Positions 45,846 through 60,487 of a stretch of 64,000 bases of DNA are shown in pieces; the stretch's first letter is position 1, and each line of letters starts with the position of its first letter. This DNA is from Torpedo marmorata (lineage: Eukaryota). A model generated the notes under the pieces. That model made no database searches, was not told the origin of the DNA, and worked only from the letters and a program-made list of their open reading frames with translations. The DNA is taken from the NCBI GenBank assembly GCA_977017645.1, contig OZ360238.1, positions 67,332,001 to 67,396,000 on the forward strand, given 5' to 3'. A program made the position numbers and the translations under genes.

Positions 45846-47542
45846 ACGTTGAAGAAATCTAATCCACGATCTCACTTTCTTTGGCAGCACTTTGAAGGAC
45901 CCACGAGTGATTAAGAACTGTTAAGATGGGAGAAGGTAATCAATGTGATATAATAAATGCCAGGAAAACTACCTGTGATTGAAGGTTAAATTAGTTGATC
46001 TGATGTCTGATTTGCCTTTCCAGTGAGGTGCAGAATGCAAAATTTTCTGAAATGGTGCTTGAGGAGCAAACACAAGCAGAACCAAAATAATTAATGCCAG
46101 CTTTTTGTTTGTTGAGTGAACTGGTCTAAAAGATGAAAAAAATACATGCCTACCATGAGAGGTCATGAGTATTTATTTCCAGTCATCTGCTTCATTTATG
46201 CTTTCAAGCAGTTTGTTACATCAATATATGTATCAGAAAATAGGTTTTAGAAGTGTGAAATGTCAAATGATTCATACAAAGCATTTCAAGGCAACATTTC
46301 CCATTTGACAGAGAATAGGACAAAAAAATATCTGCCAGGGAAAATTGCGCATACCCTAAGGAAACTTCTGTAATTTTAATGGAAGGAATATCAGGCAGAT
46401 GCTATTGCTAGGGTTCTTCATGATCCTGTAGTGCAGGAACAGGAGAAGCAATTACAGAAATATAGTAGCTCAGAAATCCAATAGCCATTGGTGTAATAAG
46501 AACAAAATAATCAAACATTGCACAAAGCAATGTAAGCCCCCCAGTGATTGTTGTGCTTGAGTATGTTAGATTCCCGTAAGGGTGAAATTTGGAGCATGTG
46601 CATGTGAGAAGGGAAATTGGCAATATCCTGGCCAGCTCATTCAGTCTCTGTGCAGTGAAAAGGCAATTCTTTTTAAATGAAGAGATATTTCCTAAAAGTG
46701 ATATTTCATTTTTCTCCTCAGAAGTGCTAGTACACTGTACACTCACCTCACACAAGGAAAATATGCAATAAAACGCACCACTTCAGTGAGCTCTATTTCA
46801 ACTTGCTGGCAGTAACTGATAGAACTTCACCTCCAGACAGTCTGGACAGATGGACCATTACAGCCATATTCTGTAGAATTGACTGTACCATCGCAAGGTT
46901 CTTTAAAACCAATTTCATTGGAACTGGCAATAATAATTCAAGTTGGTCACCAATGTATTTTTTAACTGGGGTAAAATCTTTCTTTATGTTCTCATGGAAA
47001 ACTGATAAAGAGAGCATTGCAATTCTAAAGTGCAGGATGCTATTGATTTAGTCACGTGGTCATTAAAATCTCTGCAAACAATAGAAATAGGTTCAATTCC
47101 CTCATTGTTAATGGCTATGAAACTAATATTTGCCCTATTTCTTGCTTAACAAAGTAATATCTTTATTTTAAATCCATTTGCTCTACTCAGATTACTTGAA
47201 GCAAATGGCAGATTGCTGGAACCGAAGGGTGATATTTTCAGCCTTTCACTTGAGACCCAGGGAACAACTAGGAAAGTCATTCCATCTGGATGTATTTTGC
47301 ATGTTCCTTTTATCATGAATGAAGGAAGCATTGCCTTCAAGAGGCCAATGAATAGGGCAAAGAGGGCCTTAAATGTGTCACTTATATTGATAAGATATTA
47401 TTAAATATCAAGTGCATTAGCAGATTGTTCCAGATTCTTCATTTAAGTTTCACCAGTGTCACTGTTGAGAAGTTAACAAGAAGGCAAAAATGACTGCCCT
47501 TTTGATTTTATTTTGGGCTAATACTGCCCTGTACCTATTTAA

Positions 47543-47788
47543 GGGCGACACAATTAGCGTAGCGGTTAGCGCAATGCTGTTACAGCACCAGCGACCCAGG
47601 TTCAAATCCGGCACTGTCTGTAAGGAGTTTGTACGTTCTCCCCGTGTCTGCGTGGGTTTCCTACGGGTGCTCCGATTTCCTCCCACCCTTCAAAACGTAC
47701 CGGGGTTGTAGGTCAATTGGGTGGCACGGGCTTATGGGCCGAAATGGGTTGTAACCGTGCTGCATGTCTAAATCTAAATTTTAAAATC
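47543..47788 (+). mobile_element. tRNA-derived SINE (HE1/V-SINE-like)
   Basis: Family head, core and tail. Confidence 0.85.
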
Positions 47789-48214
47789 TGTCATCCATTA
47801 TTGGAGCTGATGAAAGCAAGCTGTTCCCCACTGCTTCCTCAATAAAGATGTCCACGATTCCAACAAATGTGTCAACCCAGCACTTCCTTGGCCAGTTATT
47901 TGTAAAGGCAATGGAAGTGTACATATCCTCTTGCATTTTGGACTGGAGTTTGATTTATAACTCCACGCATAGGGAAAATGGCTTAGTCTATGCAGCCAGA
48001 ATCTGCTTTATATGAGTGGAATCTATCTTGCATTTATATTCTGGCATGTCATGTCTTTGCAAAATCCACAATATATTCCCACAAACTCTACTTCAAGTCT
48101 GATGTAGATTTAGGGTTAGCTATACCACTTGAAAACATTACTTATAATTGACGTAACAAATATCATTTCTTTTTGAAAATATGGAGCCCATATATAAAAA
48201 CTGTGGGTTTAAGG

Positions 48215-48527
48215 ATTTGAAGATCTCTGGATATCAGATCTGACTGGTGAACCTGTGTTCCACAATAAAATTAGCTTATACGTGTTCTTTTTAGGTAAAG
48301 GTAAAGGTTCCATTATTGTCACGTAATACTACATTCTCCTTACTTTATCTTTTCTTTCTTTCTTTCTTTCTTTCTTTCTATCTTATTAGAATAGTTAGGG
48401 TGGGAGGGTTAGGGAGGGAGGGGGGGTGAAAATATATCACATGTATTTTGATAATTTTGCATTTTATAATATGCATTATCGAGTAATTTAAAACTTTAAA
48501 TAAAATATTTAAATTTTTTTAAAAAGA
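48215..48527 (+). mobile_element. L1 3' UTR fragment containing a short SINE-tail insertion (48294-48333)
   Basis: T-rich then G-rich tract and AATAAA/poly(A), like 26100-26310. Confidence 0.55.
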
Positions 48528-49121
48528 ATAGCATGTGGAACACACTGGGCATCATGAGACTCCTGGACTTCGTAAGCTTCTGTCCTAAATCTAGCCTAGA
48601 CCTTGTTGTGTATATCTATTGAAAGTGCTTGTGCATTATGGTTACAGTAAATATTTTGTGAGGTGCCAGTAGATGTGTAAATGTATGACCATCTACATTC
48701 CAGGCTTTTTTTAAACTAGAATACTGTTCTTATACAATAGCATAGTGATTGAGTTGCTGATCAGCAGGCAACATTCTAGACCACAGGTTCAAAGTCGTGA
48801 CGATGAAACTCACCACAAAGACTGGGGAATTTACATTTCAAGCAATTAAATAAATCTGGATTTTAGAAAAAAAAAAGTTCATCTCAGTTAGTAAACAATG
48901 AAACTACAGAATTTTCATTGAAGAAACTTTTGCAAAGCTTCTAATTGGGGAGCTAACCGAAGGGAAAGAAAGGTGCCACCCGAACCTGGTCTGGCCTATT
49001 TGTGAATACAGACACAGTAACGTGCACACACTCCTCAGTTAAGGTGCAATGAGGGATGGATAACAAATGTCACCATTGCCAGCAACATCCAAACTGGTGG
49101 CACCTTTGCAATGGGCAGCCC

Positions 49122-49300
49122 CAGTGGTGCTGCAATAGTGTGGCTGCCTCACCGCTCCAGTGGTCTTGGTTTGATTCTGATTTCTGGTATTTTATGTGAT
49201 GGAATCGGCATGATCCTCCTGTGATCCAATGAGTTCCACCTGAGTTCTCCAGTTTCCTTCCACATCCCAAAGATGTACCGGTTGTTTGGTTAATTGGCTA
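49122..49300 (+). mobile_element. Old diverged tRNA-derived SINE
   Basis: Degenerate head and CTCCAGTTTCCTTCCACATCCCAAAGA core. Confidence 0.55.
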
Positions 49301-50339
49301 GTAGATCTCTCCTTTTGTCGGTGGTGGTGGTAGAGACGGAGATATTAACAGGCATGTGTGATTGAGCAAGTTATAGGGAACTGAGCGGGGGAATGAGATA
49401 GATACGATTTCTCATGCATAGTCTTAATGGACCTAAGTGGCCTCCTTGTACATCACATGGGAATAAACAACAAAAAAAGTTAAAACTGATCAATTGTCTG
49501 TGAAAAGCACAAATAAATGTGCTTTTAAGGTTATGTGTGCAGAAATATCTGTCAATTACCACTTTTGAAGTTGATCATTCTAAAATGATATACAAAGCAG
49601 TGCACTTTGGAGTTAAATGTCAAATTCCAAGTGCCAGAAGTGTCGGTGGACAAAATTTAGATCCATCAGTGAGGATATTGTCACAAATAGACAGGAATAT
49701 TAGATTAGATGCAAATAAAGAAAGGTCATCAAAGCAAGTTTTTTACTCATTTTCAGCTTTACTAACAAGGATGACTGAAGCTTCTTTGGCCATTGAGAAC
49801 AGGTTAGAAGGTCACTAACAATAAAGAGCATATACTGAGGCCCTTGGTTCTGCTGTGGTGAAACCTCTCCATCACCTCTCCTTTGAAATGTTCTTTGACC
49901 TAAATTTGTGATGCATTAGTTAGCTCAATATTCATTTTCTGACCATACGCGTAAAAATTGCAGCTCTGTTGTTGTAAAATATCCCAAAGTAATGTAAATA
50001 GGGTTTGTTTTGGTTAAAGGGTGAAGTGACTCTACGGCTGATGCAAGTGAGGTGGTAAAGTTGTCTGAAGCCAAAAATAGCCAGGCAACATGAAGTAGAG
50101 AGGGAGAAGAGGGAGCAGCAGGATCAGAAAGCAACAGGGAAAAGAGCCAGAGGGAAGAGGAAGATGGTGAAGGTGAGGACAGGTGCATGATGAGTTGAAG
50201 GAGAGGAGAAGGGAGAAAAAAGGAATGGAATGGATGATTTTCCTATGATCAGAGGAATGATGCGGGAAAGGGAAAGGAAGTGCATGGAGAAGATCTCAAG
50301 CCAGAGTGAAGCTCCATTTAAAAAAAGAAAAAAAATTTC

Positions 50340-52440
50340 TGCATAAAGTTTCACTTTATGCAGATGATTTATTATTATATATTTCTAACCCTGAACGTTC
50401 TATTCCAGCGGTATTATTGTTGCTCAAAAAATTTGGTAAATTTTCCGGTTATAAACACAATTTGACTAAAAGTGAGATCTTTGTCCTTAAACCCCCTCGT
50501 AACTTAGATTTTGATAACCGTTTAAGGTTGCTACAAATTTCTTTACATACTTGGGAGTGAATTTAACTTTACAATTTGGTAACTTGTATAAGGAGAATTA
50601 TCTCACTTTATTAACCACAATTAAAAAATTACTTGCTCAATGGTCTCCCCTTTCCACTTCTTTTGTGGGAAGGGTAAACTTGGTTAAAATGAGTGTTTTG
50701 CCTAAATTATTATATGTATTTCAGGCGCTTCCCGTTTTCTTACCTAAATCTTATTTTGATAAACTAGATTCAATGATATCTTCTTATATTTGGAATAATA
50801 AAGTGGCCCGTGTCAGGAAGATCTTTTTACAAAAACCCAAGAAGGAGGGTGGTCTTGGCCTCCCAAACTTTAGGTTGTATTACTGGGCCGCTAATATTAG
50901 ATATGTTAATTTTTGGGTTCATGCGGTGGGAGACAGACTGGTTAGTCCATGGCTGGAATTTGAATTAAACTCTATTAAAAACATTCACTTATATCGGACT
51001 TGGGCGCCACTCTGCCTTTCTCCGTTTCTAAATTTGTGACTAATTCGGTTGTTAAACATACTTTACGAATTTGGTTTCAATTTAGGAAGTCTGTAGGTGT
51101 GCATGGTTTTCTATTGAATAGTCCCATTTTGTATAATTCTTTTTTTCTCCCATCAATAATGGATAGCGGTTTCCACAACTGGTCAACATTTGGGATTAGG
51201 ACTTTCCTTGATTTATATGTGGATGGTAATCTTGCAACGTTTCAACAATTAGTTACTAAATTTAACTTACCCGCTCAACATTTTTTCCGATATCTTCAAG
51301 TCAGGAACTTCTTAATTTCGCTTAAATTGTGTCTCCCTCAAGCATTAAATTTGGAAATTATCCGAGAGATTTACGAGGTCAAGTCAGATACTAAGAAACC
51401 CCTATCTCTTTTTTATTTGTTATTGACTCATTTTAGTTATAGGGAAGATATATTATTAAAGGATAGGGAAGATATATTATTAAAGGTTAAACAGCAGTGG
51501 GAACTAGATTTTCAAGAGGAGATTTCTGTTCCCGTATGGGAACGGGTGCTCCTAGCTATTAATTCTTCTTCTTTATGTGCTCGCCATTCATTTCTCCATC
51601 TTAAAGTTGTTCATCGAGCTCATTATTCTAAGTCTCGATTAGCTAAGTTTTACCCAAATCTTTCCCCCCTTTGTGATAGATGTAAAATCGAGGAAGGTAC
51701 CTTATACCATATGTTTTGGACATGTTCTTCATTATATAATTACTGGTCTAGTATTTTTCAGACGTGGTCCACTGTTCTCGATGTAAATTTAACTCCTAAC
51801 CCATTTATGGGTTTATTCGGGATTCATAAAGTGAATGACTCTAAACTTACGAAGTCGCAATTGCATGTGATAGCATTTACGTCACTCATTGCTAGGAAAA
51901 ATATTCTTTTACACTGGAAAGACGTTGATCCCCCTTCACATCGCCACTGCTCAACTGTGTGATGTCATGCTTGACGTTGGAAAAAATTTGTTGTTCTAAT
52001 CTTGATAAGAATCTCAATTTTCAGAGGATATGGGGTTCGTTTATGAGCCTCTTTCTGACATTGTAATACGGGCTTTATAACATTCTCTCTTTCTTTTTTC
52101 TTTATCTTAGCCAGTTTCAGACGCGCATGGATTAGGGTTTAGATTTCCTCCCCTTTTCTGTTAGTTAGTTGTAGTTTAGATTCCTTTTTTTCTTTTCCTT
52201 TCTTTTTCCCTTGCTTTTATGTTTTGGGGGTATGTCAGTTTTATGTGGCCATTCCTTGATTGCTCTTTCCTTGTATTATTACTTCTGAGAGGGGACTTAA
52301 TGACATTTGTAATTATAATTGTCTTTATTATTATCCTTGTATTGTACTTATTGTATACTCTTGCACTGACTGCCTCTGTATTGTTTGACCTTATTTGTTT
52401 TAAAAATCAATAAATAAAATTAAAAAGGAAAAAAAGAAAA
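50340..52440 (+). mobile_element. 5'-truncated L1 LINE of a second family, frameshifted ORF2
   Basis: HKVSLYADDLLLYI RT motif; GGLGLPNFRLYYWAA; CDRCKIEEGTLYHMFWTC; AATAAA and poly(A). Confidence 0.92.
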
Positions 52441-52751
52441 ACCAACAAATTATGCGTTGCAAAATTTGAAAATAAGTTAACAGCTTCTGGATCTAAAAAG
52501 AAAGGTCACAGAAACAAATAAATGGTGGCTATGCTGAGATAAATTATTCAGAAAATATCTGTCATGTGACAGCTCTGCATGTTAAATGAAGTAATTGGGT
52601 TTGTAGTAAATAGTAAAATTTTGGCAAAAAGCTGTTGGCAAAAACACACTCACATTTGGGTGGCGCAGGCAGGAGGGGGAATGAACAAAAGATTCGTAAA
52701 ATGGATGGACAGATTTACATGTTTGTGGAAATTCACTGTTTCCTATCAAAT

Positions 52752-52980
52752 GGGCAGCACGGTTAGTGTAGCGGTTAGCATAACACTATTACGGCGCCAG
52801 TGACCGGGGTTCCAATCTGGCGATGTCTGTAAGGAGTTTGTACGTTCTCCCCGCATCTCTGTGGGCACTCCGGTTTCCTCCCACCTTTCAAAGCGTATGG
52901 TTAATTGCGGTATTCGGGCGGCATGGGCTTGTGAGCCTGAAGGGCCTGTTACTGTGCTGTACATCTTTAAAAAAAAATAA
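52752..52980 (+). mobile_element. tRNA-derived SINE (HE1/V-SINE-like)
   Basis: Family head, core and tail. Confidence 0.85.
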
Positions 52981-54733
52981 CATTTGTTGTTTTATCCAAG
53001 ATTTTTAAAAAGCAAACAGTACCATTGAACAAAATGTTCTCTGCTTTTTATGCCCCCCATATTGGATTAAACCAAGGAGGAGTGTTCACATAATCCTTTT
53101 GTGATACTATAACGTTCTTTGTACAGGAAGATTTGAACTAGAGATGCCACTCATATGTACGATTAAAGAACGGTTGACACGGCCTTGGCATTATATAATT
53201 AAAATTTTTGTGGTGCAAATGAAATGCAAGCTGCAGTGGGTTGTCATTTAGAATGGTTTCCTTACAATAATTGTGCACTAACTCTTTCACCCTTTTTCTG
53301 TTTGTCAATGAAGGGCATGAAAAATGGAATGTAAAGAAAAGCTGAAGAAATTCCTGTGGAGCTGCAGCTGTTCCTCCAGTCAGTGTCGGGTCTGTGGCCT
53401 TCTCATTAGGCTGCAAAAGTACAGTTACACTCGCAATGCCAGCAGACCTTTAATTGCTTATTCCATCCGCCCCTGTTTAGTGCTTTCACCCTGCAGAGAA
53501 AAAAGACATTTAAAGATTACTGAAGCAAGTTTGTATTGAAGCAGTTACCTCTTTGTTTATCCTTTAGCCAGCAGCAATCGTAGGGATACTAATTAAAGGA
53601 TGAATTATTGGCATCCATGGTGCACTGCAGGGGCATTTAAATGAGAGTAGTTTCTTGCTTGCCTTTTAGCTAGCCACCAAGTAGTGGAGAAATGCTTTTC
53701 CTCTGGTGTATTATCAAAATCAACCATATTTACTGAATAGCAATAACGCACATCCTTGGCTTTTCACAATTTCACTCCATCAATTATTTAATTTGAAAAA
53801 ATGCAAGCACTTTACATGTGATTTTATTTACATGAGACATGACAGATAAAACCATTTTCTGCCATGTCTCGTTTTGTTTACAAAATAGTTTTAATTGCAT
53901 TTCTGTGCATTCAAGTCTTGGTATTGTTGCAGAAATGATTGATTCTACCTGGGTTTTTATATTTGTGTCCACTACCAGCCCAATTCTGCAGATCATGTTG
54001 AAAATTCAGGAACTGTAATGATATATCCAACATCCTTCAAGTGCTCTATGGTGTTTGAGGTGATTCTCTACAGTAAATCAAATATTTGGATGTGTGCAAA
54101 TGAGCTTTTCCACGAGATTTGTATATTTGAATCAGGCCTTTCATTTTTTTTCCATAGCTTAATACATTAATGCAGCTACAAAATTTGGCAGAGGAAAACC
54201 TTTTGTTTCCTATATCCCTTAAAACACCAAAGGCTTGAAATGATTTTTCCTATCAAAGGGCACAATTTAGGATGAACTGATTCTTTCTTTACTCTTGATT
54301 TTTTTTTCTATATAGCTTGAGTTTTGAGCTGATTTTAATCCATTATATTTTGACCTTGTAGCACAATAGTATTTTGAAAGATTAAAAGTGGATTTTTCCA
54401 ATTGATAATTTGTGCATACAGTTTACAATAAACAATTCATACAAACTGCTGTCTCTCTTGATGCGTGTGAGTGGTATTGAATAATGAACAAAAACTGCAA
54501 ATTATTAACTTTTAAATGAAACAGAAGAATCTATTAATGCATTGCAAGACTAGAGACATTCTTGAATGCAAAAATTGAGGGTCGGGCAGAGGTGAGGAGG
54601 ATACCATAGCACTTCTGGCATGCTCTCTCTGAACATCTAGAGTAAATATAGTTCGGGATTAGTCACCTGCTGACCTTTGCTTGAGGTAGAACTTTTACAC
54701 ACCCAAAATATGGTCACTTACGAGGTACTGCCT

Positions 54734-55604
54734 TGTTACACCCAGCCCCTCCATCTATCCCTTTCTTATGGGGTTACATGACACGGAGCTGAAGATCGGA
54801 TCAGAGTGACAGGGCAGGTTGGGGGATGATGTGGCCAACTCCTGCTCCTACTTGTGCTTTTTTTGTCCACTGATGAGCAAGCAAGGAGAAGGCAGAAACT
54901 GGTATTATGGACCATGACTGACCATTTGGACTGCGGACGGTCAGCAGGAAGGATGAAGTCTTTTTGGAGTACACACTGGGACCAGGTACTGAAAGAGTTA
55001 ACTTGCCCAGGACTTGGTGTACCCAGAGAGAGAGAGAGACCAGAGAGAGACAGGCTGTGGAAAAGATACTTTGTTGCACTTTTGCAAAAGGCAGGTGCAG
55101 ACCTCTGCAAAAAGCAGGCAGTTTGGAGTTGCAAAGGCTAGAGAACACAGCAAAATCCAGGCTTGTGCATCCCAGAGGAAAAGGCTGGAAGAATAGCACA
55201 TGGCCTCCTGTCTCAGAGAAATCCTGAGTTAAAGCAACTTTTGTGGAGCACAGGCGTGAGATCAGCGAGACCAGCTGTGAGATCCAAGCACACGCCTCAA
55301 TCAGTGGTATACTGATTTGGAGTCGCAATCCTCGTGAATCTCTACCAAAAGGGAAAGTCATCAGAGAAGAAAAAACAAGCCAAGTATTCATAAGCATAAA
55401 CAGTCATTGTCTCTCCCCAACGTTCATTGAAAAGTCCTTCTACCAGCACACAGAGCTGAATTTGGAACCTGAACTTAGAGAGTGAATTTTTGTGGACTGT
55501 ATTATATTTTTTTGACTGACTTGTTTTTATGACTGACCTGGGGTTTTTGGGGAAAGTTTTTCCATTTTTACATGAGGGTTTGGCACAGACTGTAATGGTC
55601 TGGG

Positions 55605-55640
<36 letters not shown>

Positions 55641-55785
55641 TTTAGATAAGAATAGTGTTTATAGATGTTTATAGTGGGGTTAATTGTTGTGAAATTATAT
55701 GTTTAATTATCTTTAATAAATATAAATTTCAATTTTACCCCTTTTGCATTGCGTCTTCTGTCGTTGCTGGTTTGATTTTGTAACA
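54734..55785 (+). mobile_element. Probable solo LTR
   Basis: TGTTACA...TGTAACA inverted ends, GA-rich body, (CA)n and AATAAA near the 3' end; no clear TSD. Confidence 0.45.
55608..55638. repeat. (CA)n microsatellite
   Basis: Direct inspection. Confidence 0.95.
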
Positions 55786-56311
55786 CTGGAACAACAGCCA
55801 ACATCTGTATATACAATGACTACAATGGCAACCAGGTCTGTATATGCAGTTGGGATGCAGGATGACAATATGTCAGCTGAAGGACTCATGTTTTATTTTA
55901 AATCCTCCAAAATAGCTTTTGTTCTCACTGACCTTTACATTAAGTTGACATAATCCAGCTATCGATAAAAGCTTCCCATTATAATTTCATAACAATAGCA
56001 GATGCTGACTATTATCCATGAATTTTAAGCCCTGCAGACCATACGAACAAAAGAAACTCAGAGCAGGATTAGGCCACCTGGCCCCTCTAGCTATCCTGCT
56101 ATCCAACATGATCATGTCAGTCCTGCTCCAGGCCTCCTCCTCTGTGCCAGTTCCTCAGGGCCCTAGTTTTTCAATAGTTTATCTACTTCCTCATCAAATA
56201 TAACCAATGACATGGGCTTCCCAACCCTCCAGGTCCAAGAATTTCAGAGATTCATCGCTTTCTTCCTCCTTCATAGGAAGAAATTCGCTCACTCCCCAGT
56301 TTTAATTGATA

Positions 56312-56585
56312 ACTCAGAATCAGAATTTATTGTCATGTACATGTATCACGAAATTCGTTGTTTTGCGGCAGCATTACAGGTGCAAAATTGCTATAAATTA
56401 AATTTTTAAATAAATAAATTAGTGAAAAGTAAGGTACTGTCTGTAGTTCATTGTCCATTCAGAAATATGATGGTGGAAGGGAAGAAGCTGTTTTTGTAAA
56501 ATTGGGTGTTCGTCTTCAGGCTCCTGTACCTCCTTCCTGATGCTGGCAGTGAGAAGAGGGCATGGCCTGGGTGGTGAGGATCCTG
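56312..56585 (-). mobile_element. Rex1-type LINE 3' end
   Basis: Similar to 16705-16990. Confidence 0.75.
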
Positions 56586-56687
56586 CACCTATTGTGCTTT
56601 TGAGTTATGAGTGATTGGATAGGTTTCCTGGTGCAGGTGAGGCTAAGAGGTAAAGTTATGGGGGCATATAGTTCTTGGGAGTCACAG

Positions 56688-57367
56688 TCGCTATCTCAGA
56701 GGATCTTTCCTGGACCCAACACTCAAATGGCATCATGAAAATGCACGTCAGCACCTCTACTTCCTCAGGTGTTTGCGGAGGTTTGATATGACATCGTAAA
56801 CCCTGGCAAAATTCTACAGAGGTGTGGTGGAAAGTATGCTGAGCAGCTGCATCATGGTCTGGTATGGGGACACCAATACCCCTGAGTGTATAGCCCTGCT
56901 AAAGGTAGTGGACACAGCCCAGGACATCATGGGTAAAACCCTCCCCACCATTAAGAAAATCTACAGGAAACGCTGCCGTTGGAGTGCAGCAGCAATCATC
57001 AAGGATCCACACCACCCAGCACACGCTCTGTTCTCACTGCTACCATCAGGAAAGAGGTACAGGTGCCACAAGACTCGCACCACCAGGTTCAGGAACAGCT
57101 GCTACCCCTCCACCATCAGAATCCTCAACAACAAACTCAATCAGGGACTCATTTAAGGACTTACTTTTGCATTTTATTGATTTTGTTTCTCTGTCTCTCT
57201 GTATTGCAGTGTCAATTTGTTTACATTTCATGATTTGTTTACATGTGTATGTTGAGTCAGTTTTCTTTTGCACTGCCAATTAGTGGTAATTCTGCCTTGC
57301 CTGCTGGAAAAAGAATCTCAGCGTTGTATGGGATGTCATGTATGTACTCTGACAATAAATCTGAAAT
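56688..57367 (+). mobile_element. Rex1/Babar-type LINE 3' fragment
   Basis: ORF 56824-57156 and family tail. Confidence 0.85.
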
Positions 57368-57752
57368 ATAAAATTATAAGGAACACAGATTGGAGAGATA
57401 GCCTGTGTCCATTTCCCATGGTAGAGGTGTCTAAAACTAGAAGGCATGGGTTTTAGGTGAGAGGGAGGAAGTGTAAATGGATCTGAGGGTTAAATTTATC
57501 ATGCAGAAATTTGTGGATATCTGGAATGAGCTACCAGAAGTGGAGGTGAAGGCAGGAGCAGTAACAATATTTAAGAGGAATCTAGGCAGTTACTTGAATG
57601 AGCAGGGCATTGAGGGATGTGGAATTAATGCAGGTAAATTGGATTAGAATAGATAGGCATGATGGTCATCGTGGATGTGGTCAGCAGAAGGGCCTATTTC
57701 CATGATGGTCATGGATGTGGTCAGCAGAAGGGCCTATTTCCATGCTGTATGC
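57368..57752 (+). mobile_element. CR1/HER1 LINE 3' end with a tandem duplication of about 40 bp
   Basis: TCTAAAACTAGAAGGCATGGGTTTTAGGTGAGAGGG...GAAGGGCCTATTTCCAT repeated twice (57660-57742). Confidence 0.75.
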
Positions 57753-58302
57753 TCTTTGTTCACCATGTTTCTGAGAGAAGAAAATTCTACTTATCTCGTT
57801 CAAAGTAGCTGAACGAATCTATGGGAACCATTCTCAAATCTTTGGAATCTTGGAAAACAACACCAGAGCACCCTCCATCTCAACAGGCAATACTTTAAAT
57901 ACACTGTATTCCACAGGACAGGGATTCTGGTGAGAGCCAAAGGTGATTCATTCTCGATGCATACAGCAGGGACAGACCCTTCAGCTCAACTGTCCCAGGC
58001 TAACCAAGTTGGCATTCTGGCTGGCCCCATTTGCCTGCATTTGTTCATATCCTTCTTATCTCATTCTTTTCATATATTTGTCCAAATGTCTTTTGAAGGC
58101 TGAAATTGCCCGCACTGCTATCCCTCCACTCTCAGTCTTACAAGATTACTGATACTGTTCTCCTTTGCTCTGCACTAAATAATCTGTAATTCTGCACTTC
58201 TATGCTGTTTTACTTGCTGTACTATGTATGGGATGTCTAGCTGGACTGCAGGCAAAGAAAACTTTCTCACTGCACCTTGGTACACGTGACAATAAACTGG
58301 AA

Positions 58303-58565
58303 CGGGCGGCACGGTTAGTGTAGTGGTTAGCGCAACGCTGTTACAGCACCAGCGATCAGGACAGGGGTTCGAATCCCGCACTGTCTGTAAGGAGTTTGCA
58401 TATTCTCCCCGTGTCAGCGTGGGTTTTCCCCAGGGGCTCCCGTTTCCTCCCACCATTCAAAACGTACCGGGGGTTGTAGCTTAATTGGGTGTCGTTGGGC
58501 TGCACGGGCTCGTGGGCCGAAAGGGCCTGTTACCGTGCTGTATGTCTAAGTTTAAATTTAAAAAT
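58303..58565 (+). mobile_element. tRNA-derived SINE (HE1/V-SINE-like)
   Basis: Family head, core and tail. Confidence 0.85.
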
Positions 58566-58788
58566 CCACTGGTCGAGTCATGACTTACTAAAGAGAGAGA
58601 TTCTTCACATCCAGCCATCAGCATTATGCCACAGGGAGGTGACGAACAAAAGTTTACTCTGTTCCGATCTTTGAACCTGTACAAAAGCACAAGTGCTTTC
58701 CTTAATTTCTTTTAATGTTCTTAATTATGAGTTTTCAATGAATCTTATTTGTTTTTGAGCTTTTCATTTTCTTATTTTTTAATATATT

Positions 58789-59014
58789 GGCACGGTTAGC
58801 GCAATGCTATTACAACGCCAGTGACCGGGGTTCGAATCCAGCGCTGTCTGTAAGGAGTTTGTATGTTCTCCCCGTGTCTGCGTGGGTTTCCTCCAGGTCC
58901 TCTGGTTTCCTCCCACCGTTCAAAACGTACCGGGGTTGCAGGTTAATTGGGTGGCACAGGCTCATTGTCCGAAAGGGCCTGTTATCGTGCTGTATGTCTA
59001 AATTTAAATCTAAA
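58789..59014 (+). mobile_element. tRNA-derived SINE (HE1/V-SINE-like)
   Basis: Family core and tail, slightly shortened head. Confidence 0.85.
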
Positions 59015-59351
59015 TCATATACTCTATCTGAAGAGCTTTAAAATGTCTCCATAAGAGATACTTACAAACTGCTGGATCACTTTCGAGTGCCAGCAGGTGT
59101 ATTTACTCACTTACTTACTGTTGTGCTTCTGCCTGTTAGATGTGGAGAGACAGCTCTTCAAGTCATTTGCATTAGGAAATAATAAGTGCCACGAGGCAGT
59201 GAGTCTGGACAAGGTGCGAGATCCAGGTGATCCAATCCATTGTTTCAGGTTATCAACAGTTCATCAGAATTAACAGTGCATTGGTTGTGACCAAAACTGA
59301 AACCGAGCTCTCTTTTACTCTCCATGGATGTTGCCTGACAAGCTGTGTTGT

Positions 59352-59600
59352 TTTTTAGACATACATCATGGTAACAGGCCCTATCAGCCCACGAGCCCAT
59401 GTCGCCCAATTACACCCAATTGACCTCCAACCCCCGGTACGTTTTGAAGGGTGGGAGGAAACTGGAGCCCCCGGGGACAACCCACGCAGACACAGGGAGA
59501 ACGTACAAACTCCTTACAGACAGAGCGGGATTTGAACCCCTGTCCCGATCGCTGACGCTGCAACAGTGTTGCGCTAACCGCTACGCTAACCGTGCCACCC
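59352..59600 (-). mobile_element. tRNA-derived SINE (HE1/V-SINE-like)
   Basis: Family head, core and tail. Confidence 0.85.
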
Positions 59601-60487
59601 TCAGAATCGTGTTCTGTTTTTGATCTTATTCTAAGTTTGCTTTATAATTTCATTGAGGTTCCTGACTTGACAATCCAGTTTATCAAACCTGCTACCACCA
59701 TCAGGATATAAATGAAAATAGACCACACTGGCAACTAGCATAGTTGCTCAACCTCCGTTATCATGTGTTTTGCTGCCCTTTGAAAAGTTATGAAAACAAA
59801 CTACTCCATCTGCATTGAGCTTTATTCACTCTATATATTAGATATTGAACTGTGCCTCCAGTAACCTCATAACTTTTTTTATTTTCAGATCAATATAAAT
59901 GTTGTCAGTTTCTTTCACATTAAAAAGATTTATGGGGAGATAGTGATTTAACCTTTCTGGGGATGACGTTTCAAGAATATCTCTGTAATATTGAAATATA
60001 AGCAAGGGTCAGAGTGGAATGGGTTAATTCTAATTTAATTCTTCTTTCCAAATTGGACATTAAAATTTGGATGGTGTCCTTTGCTTGATTCTAATTGATT
60101 TCTTTCTAAGACTGGAAATCAGTTGAGTATCAGATCAGTGCATACAGATTGAACCATTTATCAATCCAATTAAATGTTAAAGGTCATCCTGAGGAGAGGA
60201 CTGGGAATTTGAGACTTCACATTTATTCAATTTAATCAGGCAATTTTAGCTTACAAGGTAGAACTCATCACTTATTCAAATTCAACTTTACGAAGATCGA
60301 AGACATGATCTTCAGCACTCAAACTCGGCTCCCTTGCCACTCATTCATCTGCCAGCTACTTTGTTTGGCTGACCTGGGTACTCACAACATCAGCATTCTG
60401 CTCAACTCTAAATTGAGCTTATTAATTTTTGTATTCATGTAAAGGATGTGGATGTCTTTAACAAAGCCAGCATTTATTACTCTATAA

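Noticed and set aside
46408-47404. Cluster of short ORFs on both strands
   Set aside because: No recognisable homology or splice structure
50060-50310. Purine-rich acidic-looking coding stretch
   Set aside because: Low complexity with in-frame stops; no supportable call
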